From positions 1 to 30,820 of the forward strand of contig JAYELX010000559.1 of NCBI GenBank assembly GCA_034717875.1: a stretch of DNA of 30,820 nucleotides. The letters run 5' to 3'. Below, piece after piece: positions 9,517-19,104 of this stretch. Both the position numbers and the translations under genes were made by a program. Numbering within the stretch: position 1 is the first letter of the stretch; each line of letters opens with the position of its first letter. The notes below the pieces were generated by a model. It was not told the DNA's origin and ran no database searches. It saw nothing but the letters and a program-made list of their open reading frames with translations. The stretch comes from Chloroflexota bacterium. Its GTDB lineage: Bacteria > Chloroflexota > Anaerolineae > Anaerolineales > UBA11858.

Positions 9517-9734
9517 ATTTGTTTTCCTGTTTGCGTAGCTCCGGTTTTTAGGTTATTGGTAAACGTCTAACGAAGCTACGCCTTGCTTTGCCACACGTCG
9601 TTTTGCGTGCATCCTCATGAACCCATTTGGTGTGCCTATTGCAACTTCAACGGCAATGGCAAAAAAACAAAAATAACTCTCTCCGTCTCTGCGTTAAAGC
9701 CTATAATTTCTGGAATTCGATGAAGCATGTGTAT

Positions 9735-11738
9735 TCATTTCGACAAACGCGGTTTTCCTACTGCTTGTGCACGAATACGGTAGGAATCCAACCCGTCGGA
9801 TATTTCTTCGACAGTTACTTGTGGAGTGTCTGCCCCGGAGCGTAGGGCTGCGTTCAGGGCGCGTTCCTGCCCAAGCTCGCGGGCGTGGGTGAGCGCATCT
9901 TCCAGTTCATCGTATTCGTCGCGGCTATCACGTGCCTGCACATAATAACTGATAATATCCAGCCCCGATCTGGATAGGTGAGGGTACACCAAAATCTCTT
10001 CGGTGACCACCACGCTGCCGGCAATTGCACCTACGGCGTTAGCAACGAAGTAGTAATCAGGTAAGACTAGTTTGGTGTGGAGTGCCTCGGCTACGTCCTT
10101 GAGCATGATCTCGGCAGGGGCACCGATGCCAATGATGGGGTCTTGCAGGCGGATTTGTGTTTCCAGTTGTGGATGTGAGGCGTGTAGACTGTTGCGGAAG
10201 AACCAGGTGCCGATGGTCTCTTTTGGGGTTGAATCGGTGGGGAGTTCTTTCCCGGTTAGGAATTTTATAATGGCTTGAGCGATTGTGTCCGTGATCTGAG
10301 ACCAGATAAACTCGGTAAATTTGGGAATATCCCAGGAAAGATAATTGCTGAAGACTGCTAACCCGTATTTCGCAGCTTGAAGGTCCCAAGGATTATACCG
10401 CTTATCAATATGGAGTAAATCGGTGGAAGTGAATCCGGATTTACCGATAATCTCTTGCCGTAGAAGTTCATTGGCATTAAGCTGATTTTTATGTAAAAGT
10501 CCAGCCTCTTTGACTATTTCCGAGACAGGTTTTGGGCCATCGCGCAGCATGCCGACGAGTTTCTTTTCCTGGTTGCTTTTGATGATGTGCTCGTTTTTTG
10601 GCTCTCGAAGCAAGAACCAGTACTCTAACCAGTCGGGCGATGGGGCTGGCCATGATTCATGAGCCAGCATTTTCAAGTGTTTTTTTATCTGTGGGTGTTG
10701 ATGGGCTAGATAAGACAAAGGGACTACTCGTTCGGGGCCAATGACGATGTTGTTTTTTCTATCAATGGTGATGTGGCTGTCTCCCCCCAAGCCAATGGAA
10801 AGCAAGTTGGCTGCTTTGACGGCTGTTTTGTAATTAGATACGGATGCTCCCTCTTCGTTGATGGTCACTTCTCCATTTTGGATCAATGCCAGGTCGGTGG
10901 TTGTTCCTCCTACGTCGATGACGAGGGCGTCATCGTGATTGGATAGGAATCGACCTCCGATTGCGCTGGCCGCCGGGCCAGAGTGGATGGTTTCCACTGG
11001 AGAACGGGTGGCGAATTCGGCGCTCATCAAGGTGCCATCACCACGCACAACCATCAGGGGCGCATCAATGCCGCGGCGATTCATGGCTCTGCGCACGGCA
11101 ATAATAAAATCTTGCAGCACGGCAATCAGTGAAGCGTTCAACGATGCCGTAGTCGCTCGTTCGACAGAGCCAAGCTTTGTGGATAGCTGATGCCCCAGTA
11201 CAATGGGCAGGTCGCAAACCTGGGAGATTGCCTTTTGGATTCGAGTTTCGTGTTCCGGATTAAGTGGGCTGAAGTAACTGGAGACGGCTATGGCATCAAC
11301 TTGATCTTTGATTTGATTAGTTTTGGATAAAATTGCTGGTAAGTCTAAGTTGTCTTTTTCTTGACCAAAAAGATTATGACCGCCATCGAAGTAGAAATAA
11401 TTTGGAGTAGCGAACTGTTTTTCCAGCTTAAAGGATACGATCAAGTCAGGATCGTACCCGATCAAGAAGAGTGCAACTAGCTTGCTTTTCCCTTCGGCAA
11501 TGGCGTTAGTTGCCAACGTTGTTGAGATGGAAACCATTTGAATTGCATCAGGGTCTTGGATATCGATGGCTTTGATGACGTTTTCGATGCCGATGGAAAA
11601 GTCGCGTTTTGTGGTCAGGCTTTTGTGTGATGCCAGGACTTTGTGCGAGTGATATTCTAATAAAACTCCATCCGTGTAAGTTCCGCCGGTATCGATCCCC
11701 AGTACCAGAGTCTTGGAAGGCTTGTTTTTTTGTTCCAA
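9735..11738 (-). CDS. Hydantoinase/oxoprolinase A-family (ASKHA) protein, paralog 2
   Basis: LGIDTGGTYTDG, STTLATNA, SGPAAS, DVGGTTTD, IGLGGDS, VANAVGA; TTG start with GAGG SD. Confidence 0.9.
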   Translation of the reverse strand: MEQKNKPSKTLVLGIDTGGTYTDGVLLEYHSHKVLASHKSLTTKRDFSIGIENVIKAIDIQDPDAIQMVSISTTLATNAIAEGKSKLVALFLIGYDPDLIVSFKLEKQFATPNYFYFDGGHNLFGQEKDNLDLPAILSKTNQIKDQVDAIAVSSYFSPLNPEHETRIQKAISQVCDLPIVLGHQLSTKLGSVERATTASLNASLIAVLQDFIIAVRRAMNRRGIDAPLMVVRGDGTLMSAEFATRSPVETIHSGPAASAIGGRFLSNHDDALVIDVGGTTTDLALIQNGEVTINEEGASVSNYKTAVKAANLLSIGLGGDSHITIDRKNNIVIGPERVVPLSYLAHQHPQIKKHLKMLAHESWPAPSPDWLEYWFLLREPKNEHIIKSNQEKKLVGMLRDGPKPVSEIVKEAGLLHKNQLNANELLRQEIIGKSGFTSTDLLHIDKRYNPWDLQAAKYGLAVFSNYLSWDIPKFTEFIWSQITDTIAQAIIKFLTGKELPTDSTPKETIGTWFFRNSLHASHPQLETQIRLQDPIIGIGAPAEIMLKDVAEALHTKLVLPDYYFVANAVGAIAGSVVVTEEILVYPHLSRSGLDIISYYVQARDSRDEYDELEDALTHARELGQERALNAALRSGADTPQVTVEEISDGLDSYRIRAQAVGKPRLSK

Positions 11739-11804
11739 ATTATTGCCTCAGTGATTTTCGCATGTTGATAGTGGTAAAAAAGTAAGTGATGAAAATCTTG
11801 CGTG

Positions 11805-11901
11805 AGGTGACAGTCACCTATAAAATTGATCTACAAAACGAATCATCTTGCTAACCAGTGTGTTTTCTGTAACAAGGCATCTTTGTAGGTGACTGTCACC
11901 T
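11805..11901. repeat. 97-bp element bounded by two AGGTGACWGTCACCT palindromes (copy 2)
   Basis: aggtgacagtcacct 11805-11819 and aggtgactgtcacct 11887-11901; same 82-bp centre spacing as copy 1. Confidence 0.85.
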
Positions 11902-11950
11902 GTTCATTTACTGTATAACCATCTCCCGCTTTTTGAATTATAGCAACATC

Positions 11951-12028
11951 AGGGGCGTGACTCGTTGGAGATGTTCCCCAGAGCGTAGTGAGGACTAGCC
12001 TCTGAAGGTGCACCTGAATCACGCCCCT
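11951..12028. repeat. REP-like inverted repeat downstream of MttB paralog 1
   Basis: aggggcgtga (11951-11960) / tcacgcccct (12019-12028). Confidence 0.5.
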
Positions 12029-12063
12029 ATATAAGGAGTAGAGACGATTAAAAACAGATGGTT

Positions 12064-13566
12064 TTATCCAAACATATTGTAGTCTAACTCTTCGTCTTGG
12101 TGGCGTTCGTCAGCCAATTCGCAAATGCGGTGCAGTTCTTTGTGCATCTTTTCATCCATGAGTGGTTCTTCTTCCGCATCCAGGATTTCGACGACGCGTT
12201 CATGCACGCGGTCGCGGTAGGGTTTGCTGCCGGCGGCTTCCCAATTCTCCCAGTTTAGACGATCTGTGAGATCGGGGCGCCAGATGTCTGTCTTGAAGCG
12301 GTCGAAGGTATGATCATGATCGAGATAGTGACCACCCGGACCAACTTCGTCCATGACATCTAGTGCTTGCTCGGCGTCATTGACAGGGATGCCGCGCATG
12401 ATGCGCTTGACCCGGTCGATGATCTCATTTGACGCAACCATCATCTCGGGGGAGCTGGTCAGACCTTGCTCCAAGTAGCCCACGTCGTGGATCATATTGC
12501 CGCCCGTTAACGCTGCCGTAGCAATGTTGATGGTGGCTTCCATGGCAGCTTGCTCGTCGAACATCTTGGAGTCGGAACAACCCGCGGTTTCGTATTCGGG
12601 CAGGCCCAGCCATTTGGTGATTTGGGTGTAGGCAGCACTTAGCAGGGCCATCTCTGGCGAGCCGTAGCAGTAGACCGTGGTTTTCATGTCCATGTTGGAC
12701 ATCAATCCGCCGATGATCAGCGGCGCGCCCGGCTTACGGGCTTGGCTGAGGAAGATACCGAACAAGCTCTCGGTGAGGGCCTGAACAGCGGTACCAGCCA
12801 GCGTGGTGGGTGATGTTGCTCCTGCCAGGGGGCAGGGTGTGTAGACAAAGGGAATTTCGTGATCCGTGGCGAAGAGCAGTTTCTGTACTACTTCTTTGGA
12901 GTGACTCAACGGTGAAACTGGCTCGATGTAAAGGGAAAAGATGGGCCCTTTTCTCCATTCATCTTTGCCACCCACGCGGATATAAGCCATCTCAAGTTGA
13001 TCTTTAAGACCATCTAGGTCTACGGCCGTGATGTTGATAGGCTTGGTGGTGCCTTCGAGCATGGCCAGATATTGCCAGCGGTCATAGGTGCCGACAGCCG
13101 TATCTTGGACGATGCCCAGGGACATGTGGAAGTCGATATTGGGCAGCGACTGGGCGATGCGGGCTAAGTTTTTAACGTCTTTGTAGGTGGCACGGCGTCG
13201 CTCGCGGGTATAGGGATCAATGGTGAAAGGGGTATCGGAACCTGCGCCATAGTAAATAGCGTTTTTGTAAAGTTCCATCTTGTGTTTGCGGTCAGGCCCA
13301 TAAACAACAACCTTGCGGGGTACGGTGGATAGGGCTTTATCGATCAACCAGGGCGGAACTTTCACCAACGCGCTGTCATCAGTTTTATCTTCGACGATCG
13401 CTCCTGCATCATGGGCAACTTTAATGCCTTCTTCTTCGTAGACGCGAACGCCCGTCTCGTACAGCACTGTCAAGGCCGAGAAATAAATTGCTTCGATCTC
13501 ATCCTCTGTGAGCACCTCGAAGGTAGGGGTGGCGTTCACGAGATAATTCGTTTTCTTTACTTGCAT
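12064..13566 (-). CDS. mttB: Non-pyrrolysine trimethylamine methyltransferase-family protein, paralog 1
   Basis: 500 aa; EPVSPL, PLAGATSPTTLAG, GSPE, AGCSDSKMFDEQA, IHDVGYLE, VGPGGHYL; no in-frame TAG. Confidence 0.93.
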   Translation of the reverse strand: MQVKKTNYLVNATPTFEVLTEDEIEAIYFSALTVLYETGVRVYEEEGIKVAHDAGAIVEDKTDDSALVKVPPWLIDKALSTVPRKVVVYGPDRKHKMELYKNAIYYGAGSDTPFTIDPYTRERRRATYKDVKNLARIAQSLPNIDFHMSLGIVQDTAVGTYDRWQYLAMLEGTTKPINITAVDLDGLKDQLEMAYIRVGGKDEWRKGPIFSLYIEPVSPLSHSKEVVQKLLFATDHEIPFVYTPCPLAGATSPTTLAGTAVQALTESLFGIFLSQARKPGAPLIIGGLMSNMDMKTTVYCYGSPEMALLSAAYTQITKWLGLPEYETAGCSDSKMFDEQAAMEATINIATAALTGGNMIHDVGYLEQGLTSSPEMMVASNEIIDRVKRIMRGIPVNDAEQALDVMDEVGPGGHYLDHDHTFDRFKTDIWRPDLTDRLNWENWEAAGSKPYRDRVHERVVEILDAEEEPLMDEKMHKELHRICELADERHQDEELDYNMFG

Positions 13567-13692
13567 GTTTGTTTCTCCTATTCTTCCTGATTTTTTTCAA
13601 TAGCTCAGAGTTAAATTTCGAGTTATCAAAATATCAGGTTGATTTTGAAGCTTTTTTCAACTAGTTTGGGTGTTTCATCAATACTCGGGATA

Positions 13693-13741
13693 GCTCGGTC
13701 AAGAGACCGGCTACAGCGCTCGGTCGAGAGACCGGCTACAG
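13693..13741. repeat. Tandem pair of GTAG-type REP-like hairpins
   Basis: gctcggtc(a/g)agagaccggctaca twice; minus strand reads GTAGCCGGTCTC..GACCGAGC. Confidence 0.65.
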
Positions 13742-13797
13742 CTAACCAGGAGGCCAGCTATAGCTAACTTGCCCCGATTATCAGGGGACTAAAATCC

Positions 13798-14439
13798 CTA
13801 TGCTGCACTCACGAGTTGCTTGGCGAGTTCGGCACCAGATGGGGCGTTCGAGCCATATCCATCTGCTTTGATTGTATCGGCAAATTCTTTGTCCACTGGC
13901 GCACCGCCGACCATGATCTTGGTCTGATTGCGCAGTCCAGCTTCTTCGATAGCTTTGATGGTGTAGCCCATGGCTCGCATTGTGGTGGTCAACATCGCCG
14001 ACATGCCAATAATTGCTGGTTGGTGCTCTTTGATGGCAGTGATGAATTCCCCTGGTTCAACGTTGAAACCAAGATTGATGATCTCGAAACCAGCGCCTTC
14101 GCACATCATGCTGACTAAGTTCTTGCCAATGTCATGTAAGTCATCTTTTACGGTGCCCATGACGATGGTGCCGAGCATTTCGGCTCCACTTGCGGCCAAG
14201 AGCGGACGCAGTATTTTCATGCTTGCAGACATGGCGTCAGCAGACATCAGAACTTCGGGGACGAACATGTCGCCGCGCTTGAAACGAACGCCGACTTCGT
14301 CCATGCCTACGATCAGCCCATTATCTAATATGTCTTTCGCAGACATTTCTTTTTTCAGGCTTCGATCGACAAGTGTGGTCGCTGTTTCAGCATCGCCTTC
14401 CAAAATAGCGGTTGATAATCTTTCGAATATACTACTCAT
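13798..14439 (-). CDS. Methyltransferase cognate corrinoid protein (MttC/MtqC-like), paralog 1
   Basis: Cap domain GMDEVGVRF..MFVPEVL; B12 motif DLHDIGKNLV, SAMLTTT, IMVGGAPV. Confidence 0.95.
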   Translation of the reverse strand: MSSIFERLSTAILEGDAETATTLVDRSLKKEMSAKDILDNGLIVGMDEVGVRFKRGDMFVPEVLMSADAMSASMKILRPLLAASGAEMLGTIVMGTVKDDLHDIGKNLVSMMCEGAGFEIINLGFNVEPGEFITAIKEHQPAIIGMSAMLTTTMRAMGYTIKAIEEAGLRNQTKIMVGGAPVDKEFADTIKADGYGSNAPSGAELAKQLVSAA

Positions 14440-14470
14440 GTTTTTTCTCCTCAGTTTGTTTTTCTTGCAA

Positions 14471-15928
14471 TCACTCTGCTACACGTTCTTCCGCTCGGGC
14501 CAAGACATCTTTGATAACTTTTTCAGTCTCAGGCTTGATGGGAGTAGCTTTATGGGTAGCGAGAATTTCGTTGACGCGGGCAACCGTGCGATCCTTCATT
14601 GTTTTCTTGCCCATCATCTCCCATTCTTCGTAGTTGCGACGATCGCACAGCTCGGGATACCAGAACTCGGTCTTGTAGTATCGGCGGGTGTGTTCCTCGC
14701 GCAGATAATGGCCATTGGGGCCGACGTCGTGGATCACATCTACGGCCAGTGTGTCTTCGTTGACCTCGATGCCGCGGGTGATGCGCCGGGAATAAGCAAT
14801 GGCTTCATCCATGGCACACAACTGGAAGACCGATCCGGTCATCGCACTTTCGGTGTAGCCTACATCGTGAGTTAGGTCTCCACCGCTGAGAGCGGAGAAG
14901 TAAACAGAGAGGGAGCCTTCAATCAAAGCTTGCTCGTCAAAGGTTTTAGAATCGGTGCATCCGCCAGTTTGCCACAGGGGCAATCCCGCGTAGTGGGCTA
15001 ATTCGGTCAATCCGGCCATCATCAATGGCAGCTCAGGGGCGCCGTAGGCCAAGATCATTGCACTCATGTCCATCACGGAGAAAACACCGCCCATGAAGAA
15101 GGGCAATCCAGGTTGGATTGTTTGAGCAATCACCAGGCCCATCCAGGACTCAGCAGCACCCTGGGTGATTATCCCAGCGGGAGTCACAGGGGCGGTGCCG
15201 CCAGCGATGGGGCAGGGGGTGAAGATCAAAGGTATCCGTTTATTGGCTGCAAAAACCAATTTGTCCAGGGCTTCTTTGGTACTGACCAATGGAGACAGTG
15301 GCTCGCAGTAGTGGACATAGTTAGGACGTTGCTCGAAAGCCTTTTGCCCACCAGCTTCAGCAACGGCAATTTCGTGAATACCGGCCGAGTCGAATTTGTC
15401 GTAAGACCAGGCCACAATTGGTTTACTGGTATTGGGGAACATGCCCGCGAACTCGTAAAGTGCACCTAGTTCGTGGTGTACGTCGTTTACTGTGCCCAGA
15501 GATTCGCAAAAGTCGATATTGGGAAGGGCGTTGACGACGGTAGCAACTTTGGGAACATCGGTTTTCACGTACGGACGTCGTTCCATCGTTTCCGTATCAA
15601 TAAAGTTGGGGCATGTTGGCCCAGGGCCAAAGTGGGCCCGTCCGGGACCGATGCGAATGTTGTTTTCTGGGTTTCCGTCACGGGCAAATAGCGTGAAGCT
15701 GCGGGGTGCTTTGCTGAGGGCTTCTTCGACCAGGTACGATGGAATGCGCACTCGTAATCCATCTACCCAGGCACCGGCTTGATGCAGAATATCGCGTGAT
15801 TCTTCGTGGTGCACCTCGAGACCTGTGTATTCGAGCACATGCAGTACGCCATTATATAGTTCTTTTATTTGGTCATCTGAGAGCATCCGAAAACGGGTTC
15901 CGGAGTTTACTTTGTAATTAGTTCTCAT
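14471..15928 (-). CDS. mttB: Non-pyrrolysine trimethylamine methyltransferase-family protein, paralog 2
   Basis: 485 aa; CEPLSPL, PIAGGTAPVT, GAPE, GGCTDSKTFDEQA, THDVGYTE. Confidence 0.93.
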   Translation of the reverse strand: MRTNYKVNSGTRFRMLSDDQIKELYNGVLHVLEYTGLEVHHEESRDILHQAGAWVDGLRVRIPSYLVEEALSKAPRSFTLFARDGNPENNIRIGPGRAHFGPGPTCPNFIDTETMERRPYVKTDVPKVATVVNALPNIDFCESLGTVNDVHHELGALYEFAGMFPNTSKPIVAWSYDKFDSAGIHEIAVAEAGGQKAFEQRPNYVHYCEPLSPLVSTKEALDKLVFAANKRIPLIFTPCPIAGGTAPVTPAGIITQGAAESWMGLVIAQTIQPGLPFFMGGVFSVMDMSAMILAYGAPELPLMMAGLTELAHYAGLPLWQTGGCTDSKTFDEQALIEGSLSVYFSALSGGDLTHDVGYTESAMTGSVFQLCAMDEAIAYSRRITRGIEVNEDTLAVDVIHDVGPNGHYLREEHTRRYYKTEFWYPELCDRRNYEEWEMMGKKTMKDRTVARVNEILATHKATPIKPETEKVIKDVLARAEERVAE

Positions 15929-15977
15929 TATCTTATTCCTTTCTGATAGGGAGCAGGAAATACAGAGCAGTTAGAAT

Positions 15978-16135
15978 CGCTGGAAGGGTTTGTAATCCAA
16001 GCTGCGGCCTTCGGTGGTGGTAAGAAAGTAAGCGATATCTCGTTCCATTCGCTTCGCGAAGCATGCCCTGGTACGGCAGTGGAACACTTCATCACTTGCA
16101 ATGCAACCACTACCCGGTTTTCAAACCCTTCAGCG
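15978..16135. repeat. Nested repeat element with outer inverted repeats and an inner segment shared with 28926-28984
   Basis: cgctggaagggtttg (15978-15992) / caaacccttcagcg (16122-16135); inner gatatctcgttccat...gtggaacacttcat...caatgcaaccactac (16034-16113). Confidence 0.7.
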
Positions 16136-16170
16136 TTTTTTACATATTTATTCCCGATTTATTGGCTCCT

Positions 16171-16809
16171 CTACGCGCTAGCAAACTTTTTAGCCAATTC
16201 GACAGCAGACGCGGCGTTAGATGCATAAGCATCAGCACCAATTTGATCGGAGAAGTCCTGGGTGACAGGCGCGCCGCCAATCATGATCTTCAGCTTGTCG
16301 CGCACGCCAGCCTCTTCCAGGGCTTTAATGGTATTCTCCATGTTGCGCATTGTAGTGGTTAACAGGGCGGACATACCGAGAATATCAGGTTCGTGTTCCT
16401 TTACTGCCTCGACGAATGCTTCGGGTTCGATATCTTTACCAATATCCTTGACATCGAAGCCGCCGCCTTCGCACATCATGCCGACTAGATTCTTTCCAAT
16501 ATCGTGCAGGTCGCCCTTGACAGTGCCTATCAACAATGTGCCGGTCATCTTTGCGCCGGATTCAGCCAAGAGCGGCCGGATCAAGTTCATCGAGCCTTTC
16601 ATGGCGCGAGCCGAACGCAGCACTTCAGGAACGAACATATTCCCGGCTTTGAATTCGACGCCGACATGGTCCATACCGGGCATTAGCCCTTTGTCGAGAA
16701 TATCTCCGGCAGTTAGTCCATCGTCCAGGGCATTCTCTGTAAGATCGACAATGCTATCTAAATCGCCTTTGATGACTGCTGCAGAAAGTTCCGATAAAAT
16801 TTCACTCAT
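16171..16809 (-). CDS. Methyltransferase cognate corrinoid protein, paralog 2
   Basis: GDLHDIGKNLV, SALLTTT, IMIGGAPV; AGGAGG SD. Confidence 0.95.
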   Translation of the reverse strand: MSEILSELSAAVIKGDLDSIVDLTENALDDGLTAGDILDKGLMPGMDHVGVEFKAGNMFVPEVLRSARAMKGSMNLIRPLLAESGAKMTGTLLIGTVKGDLHDIGKNLVGMMCEGGGFDVKDIGKDIEPEAFVEAVKEHEPDILGMSALLTTTMRNMENTIKALEEAGVRDKLKIMIGGAPVTQDFSDQIGADAYASNAASAVELAKKFASA

Positions 16810-16828
16810 GTTTTAATCCTCCTAAAGA

Positions 16829-17458
16829 TTAGATATATTGTTTGATGGTTTTATGAAAATCGTTAATATGTTTTCGCATTCTTTGCTCAGCTTTTTGGGC
16901 ATCTTGTGCCTCGATTGCTGAGAGAATCTCAATGTGGGCCTCCACGTCGACGTCTTCTGGCTTGGTATAGTTGATGGCTAGATGCCAAATCCGTGTCGAA
17001 AGGTCGTAATAATGTTCTACTGCTTTTTGTAAAAATTTATTGTGGGCAGCCTCGACAATCAGCTTGTGAAAATCTGCATCTAGATTAAACAGAATATCTT
17101 TGTCGGGTAAGGTGATTTCTTTGTATTCTTCAGCCAATTGCCTTAATTTAACAAGCTGCTTTTTACGGATATGTTGGGTTGCCAAGCGGGTTGCAAGAGC
17201 TTCTAGTTCGATGCGTACTTCGAAAATTTGCAACAAATCTGTGACCGCGATGTCTGTCACATACATGCCGCGCCGCGGCGTGACAGTTACCAAATTCTCT
17301 GCTTGGAGTTGCTTGATGGCCTCACGGATAGGAGTCCTCCCCAATCCTAGACTTTTCATCAGCTGTGCTTCACTGATGACATCTCCAGGAGATAGTTTGG
17401 TTTTGATTATTTGATCTTTGATTTGATGATAGGCTTTTTCCGCATTGGTTAGTTTCAT
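16829..17458 (-). CDS. GntR-family transcriptional regulator (FCD domain), paralog 2
   Basis: AYHQIKDQII..LSPG..LGRTPIREAI..PRRG; D..FHKLIVEAAHNKFL. Confidence 0.93.
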   Translation of the reverse strand: MKLTNAEKAYHQIKDQIIKTKLSPGDVISEAQLMKSLGLGRTPIREAIKQLQAENLVTVTPRRGMYVTDIAVTDLLQIFEVRIELEALATRLATQHIRKKQLVKLRQLAEEYKEITLPDKDILFNLDADFHKLIVEAAHNKFLQKAVEHYYDLSTRIWHLAINYTKPEDVDVEAHIEILSAIEAQDAQKAEQRMRKHINDFHKTIKQYI

Positions 17459-17578
17459 TGCTTACGAACTTCCTTTTGGTAGTGGAGTTGAATGATGATT
17501 TACGTAACACCAGTGACAGTCACTTTCATCATTGCTCTGCATGCCTATGGCAAGTCAATATTTAACACCACCTTTTTT

Positions 17579-18445
17579 TTATTCTTCCTTTTGACGGGCG
17601 CGGTATGCTTTGATCCAGCTCATACCGTACTCATCACGCCCCATGCTTAAATCGGCGGCGAGAATGGCGATACTCACTTCGGACTCGAGCGGGTTGGTGA
17701 TGGGGCAGGTTAGACCAGCATGGATGGACATAGCGATGAATGTGGAGTTGATATAGTGTCTATCAGGCATACCAAAAGAAATGTTGCTAGCCCCCATGGT
17801 AATGTTGACACCAAACTCTTCGACAATTTTCTCGATAGTATCCATGGCGATAAGCCCGGCGGTGTGATCAGCCCCCATTGTCAATGCCAGGGGATCAATG
17901 ACGATGTCTTCTGCAGGAATACCTAGTTTACCGGCTCGCTCGATGATCTTGGCCGCTACCTTGAGGCGTGCATCGGCTGTTTCCGGGATTCCATCGTCAT
18001 CCATGCACAGGCCAATCACAGCGGCGCCGTATTCCTTAACCAGGGGCAACACAGCTTCGAGCGACTTCTCCTCGCCGTTGACGGAGTTGATCAACGCCTT
18101 CCCTTCGTAGAGCTTCAGAGCAGCTTCTAACACTTTGGGGTCAGGGGTGTCGATGCACAAAGGTACGTCAGTGACTTCCATTACCGTTGTGAGAACTTTC
18201 TTGAACATGGCAACTTCATCGACGCCGGGGACACCAGCATTGACATCGAGAATTTTAGCGCCTGCTTCAACCTGAGATTTGGCATCTTTTCGGACAATAT
18301 CGAAATCACCGGCTTTGAGCGATTTGAGCATTTTCTTGCGCCCAGTCGGGTTGATGCGCTCACCGATAATGACTGTAGAGTTGTCGCGGTTGATTTCTAC
18401 GGTCTGGGTTTTCGAAGAAACAATAGTGGTAAGATATTTGGTCAT
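17579..18445 (-). CDS. Methyltetrahydrofolate:corrinoid methyltransferase (AcsE/MeTr/MtqA-like pterin-binding TIM barrel)
   Basis: IIGERINPTG, LDVNAG, LCIDT, INSVNGE, VIDP, GASNISFGMP; stand-alone MetH folate-domain homolog. Confidence 0.9.
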   Translation of the reverse strand: MTKYLTTIVSSKTQTVEINRDNSTVIIGERINPTGRKKMLKSLKAGDFDIVRKDAKSQVEAGAKILDVNAGVPGVDEVAMFKKVLTTVMEVTDVPLCIDTPDPKVLEAALKLYEGKALINSVNGEEKSLEAVLPLVKEYGAAVIGLCMDDDGIPETADARLKVAAKIIERAGKLGIPAEDIVIDPLALTMGADHTAGLIAMDTIEKIVEEFGVNITMGASNISFGMPDRHYINSTFIAMSIHAGLTCPITNPLESEVSIAILAADLSMGRDEYGMSWIKAYRARQKEE

Positions 18446-18496
18446 ATTACACCTCTTCTTGAAAACTAAAATGTTGATTTTTTACACATAAGTCTA

Positions 18497-18536
18497 GTAT
18501 ATTACAAATATATCAGATGTGGTAGGGCTTTTTAAA
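18497..18536 (-). promoter_or_regulatory. Putative promoter/operator upstream of the THF methyltransferase
   Basis: GTATATT-aca-AATATATCAGA, matching the motif at 28517-28537; -10 TATATT with a weak -35 TTAAAA. Confidence 0.5.
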
Positions 18537-18668
18537 GAACTTTCTGAGTTTTGTAACCCTGTTTTGGGTAATTTGTCGTACTCCTTTTCTAATTTTACGC
18601 GCATGTGTCATTGCGGGATGGAGATTTCGCCACGGGATGTGACCACGCCGCAGATACCCCGATCCCCT

Positions 18669-18814
18669 TTCGGTATTGGGCCCGAAACCAAAACCCAGGC
18701 AAAGTGTGTCTACTTCGATCCTGACTCAGTAAGCGCAGCGGCGATGGTTTGTCCGCGCCGCGCTTGAATGATGCGACCGTTTACTTTGATGTTAAGGTTC
18801 TGGGTGTCGTTCAT
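18669..18814 (-). pseudogene. Collapsed remnant: HcnA/sarcosine-oxidase-alpha-like Fer2_4 N-terminus joined out of frame to an HcnB-like flavoprotein fragment
   Basis: ATG 18814: MNDTQNLNIKVNGRIIQARRGQTIAAALTESG, then stop after SK; the shifted frame from 18719 reads IEVDTLCLGFGFGPNTE. Confidence 0.7.
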
Positions 18815-18877
18815 TAAATTATTTGGTATTGTGTCAAGCTGGGTGTGTTTGTAGGTATGGTAGTCGTTTATTTCCTA

Positions 18878-19079
18878 CCCCCCTCAATCCCCCCGCCACG
18901 GGGGGAAGCTGACAAACTCTTTTACTGCCACGGAGGATAGCTAACAAACTATTCCCACGACATGGTAGGAAGTTGAAAAACTCTCTCACCGCCATGGGGG
19001 GGTAGCTGAAAAATTCTTCTCCCACCACGGAGGGAAGCTGAAAAACTCTCCCCCCGTGGTGGGGTGAGCGACAGGGGGG
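18878..19079. repeat. Degenerate 32-bp tandem array (5 units plus an inverted final unit) inside a cccctcaatccccc...gggggg element
   Basis: gcca(c/t)gg-like cores at 18895, 18927, 18959, 18991, 19024, each followed by (a/t)agctRaNaaaYt. Confidence 0.75.
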
Positions 19080-19104
19080 AATAACTATCACCTATGTACT
19101 GGTC

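Noticed and set aside
13970-14875. 301-aa plus-strand ORF
   Set aside because: Antisense shadow of the corrinoid and mttB2 genes with no recognisable motif. The same applies to the other plus-strand ORFs, e.g. 3180..3752, 16262..16816, 19094..19540 and 27783..28265.
18878-19079. Possible CRISPR array (32-bp period)
   Set aside because: Units are contiguous and degenerate with no unique spacers.
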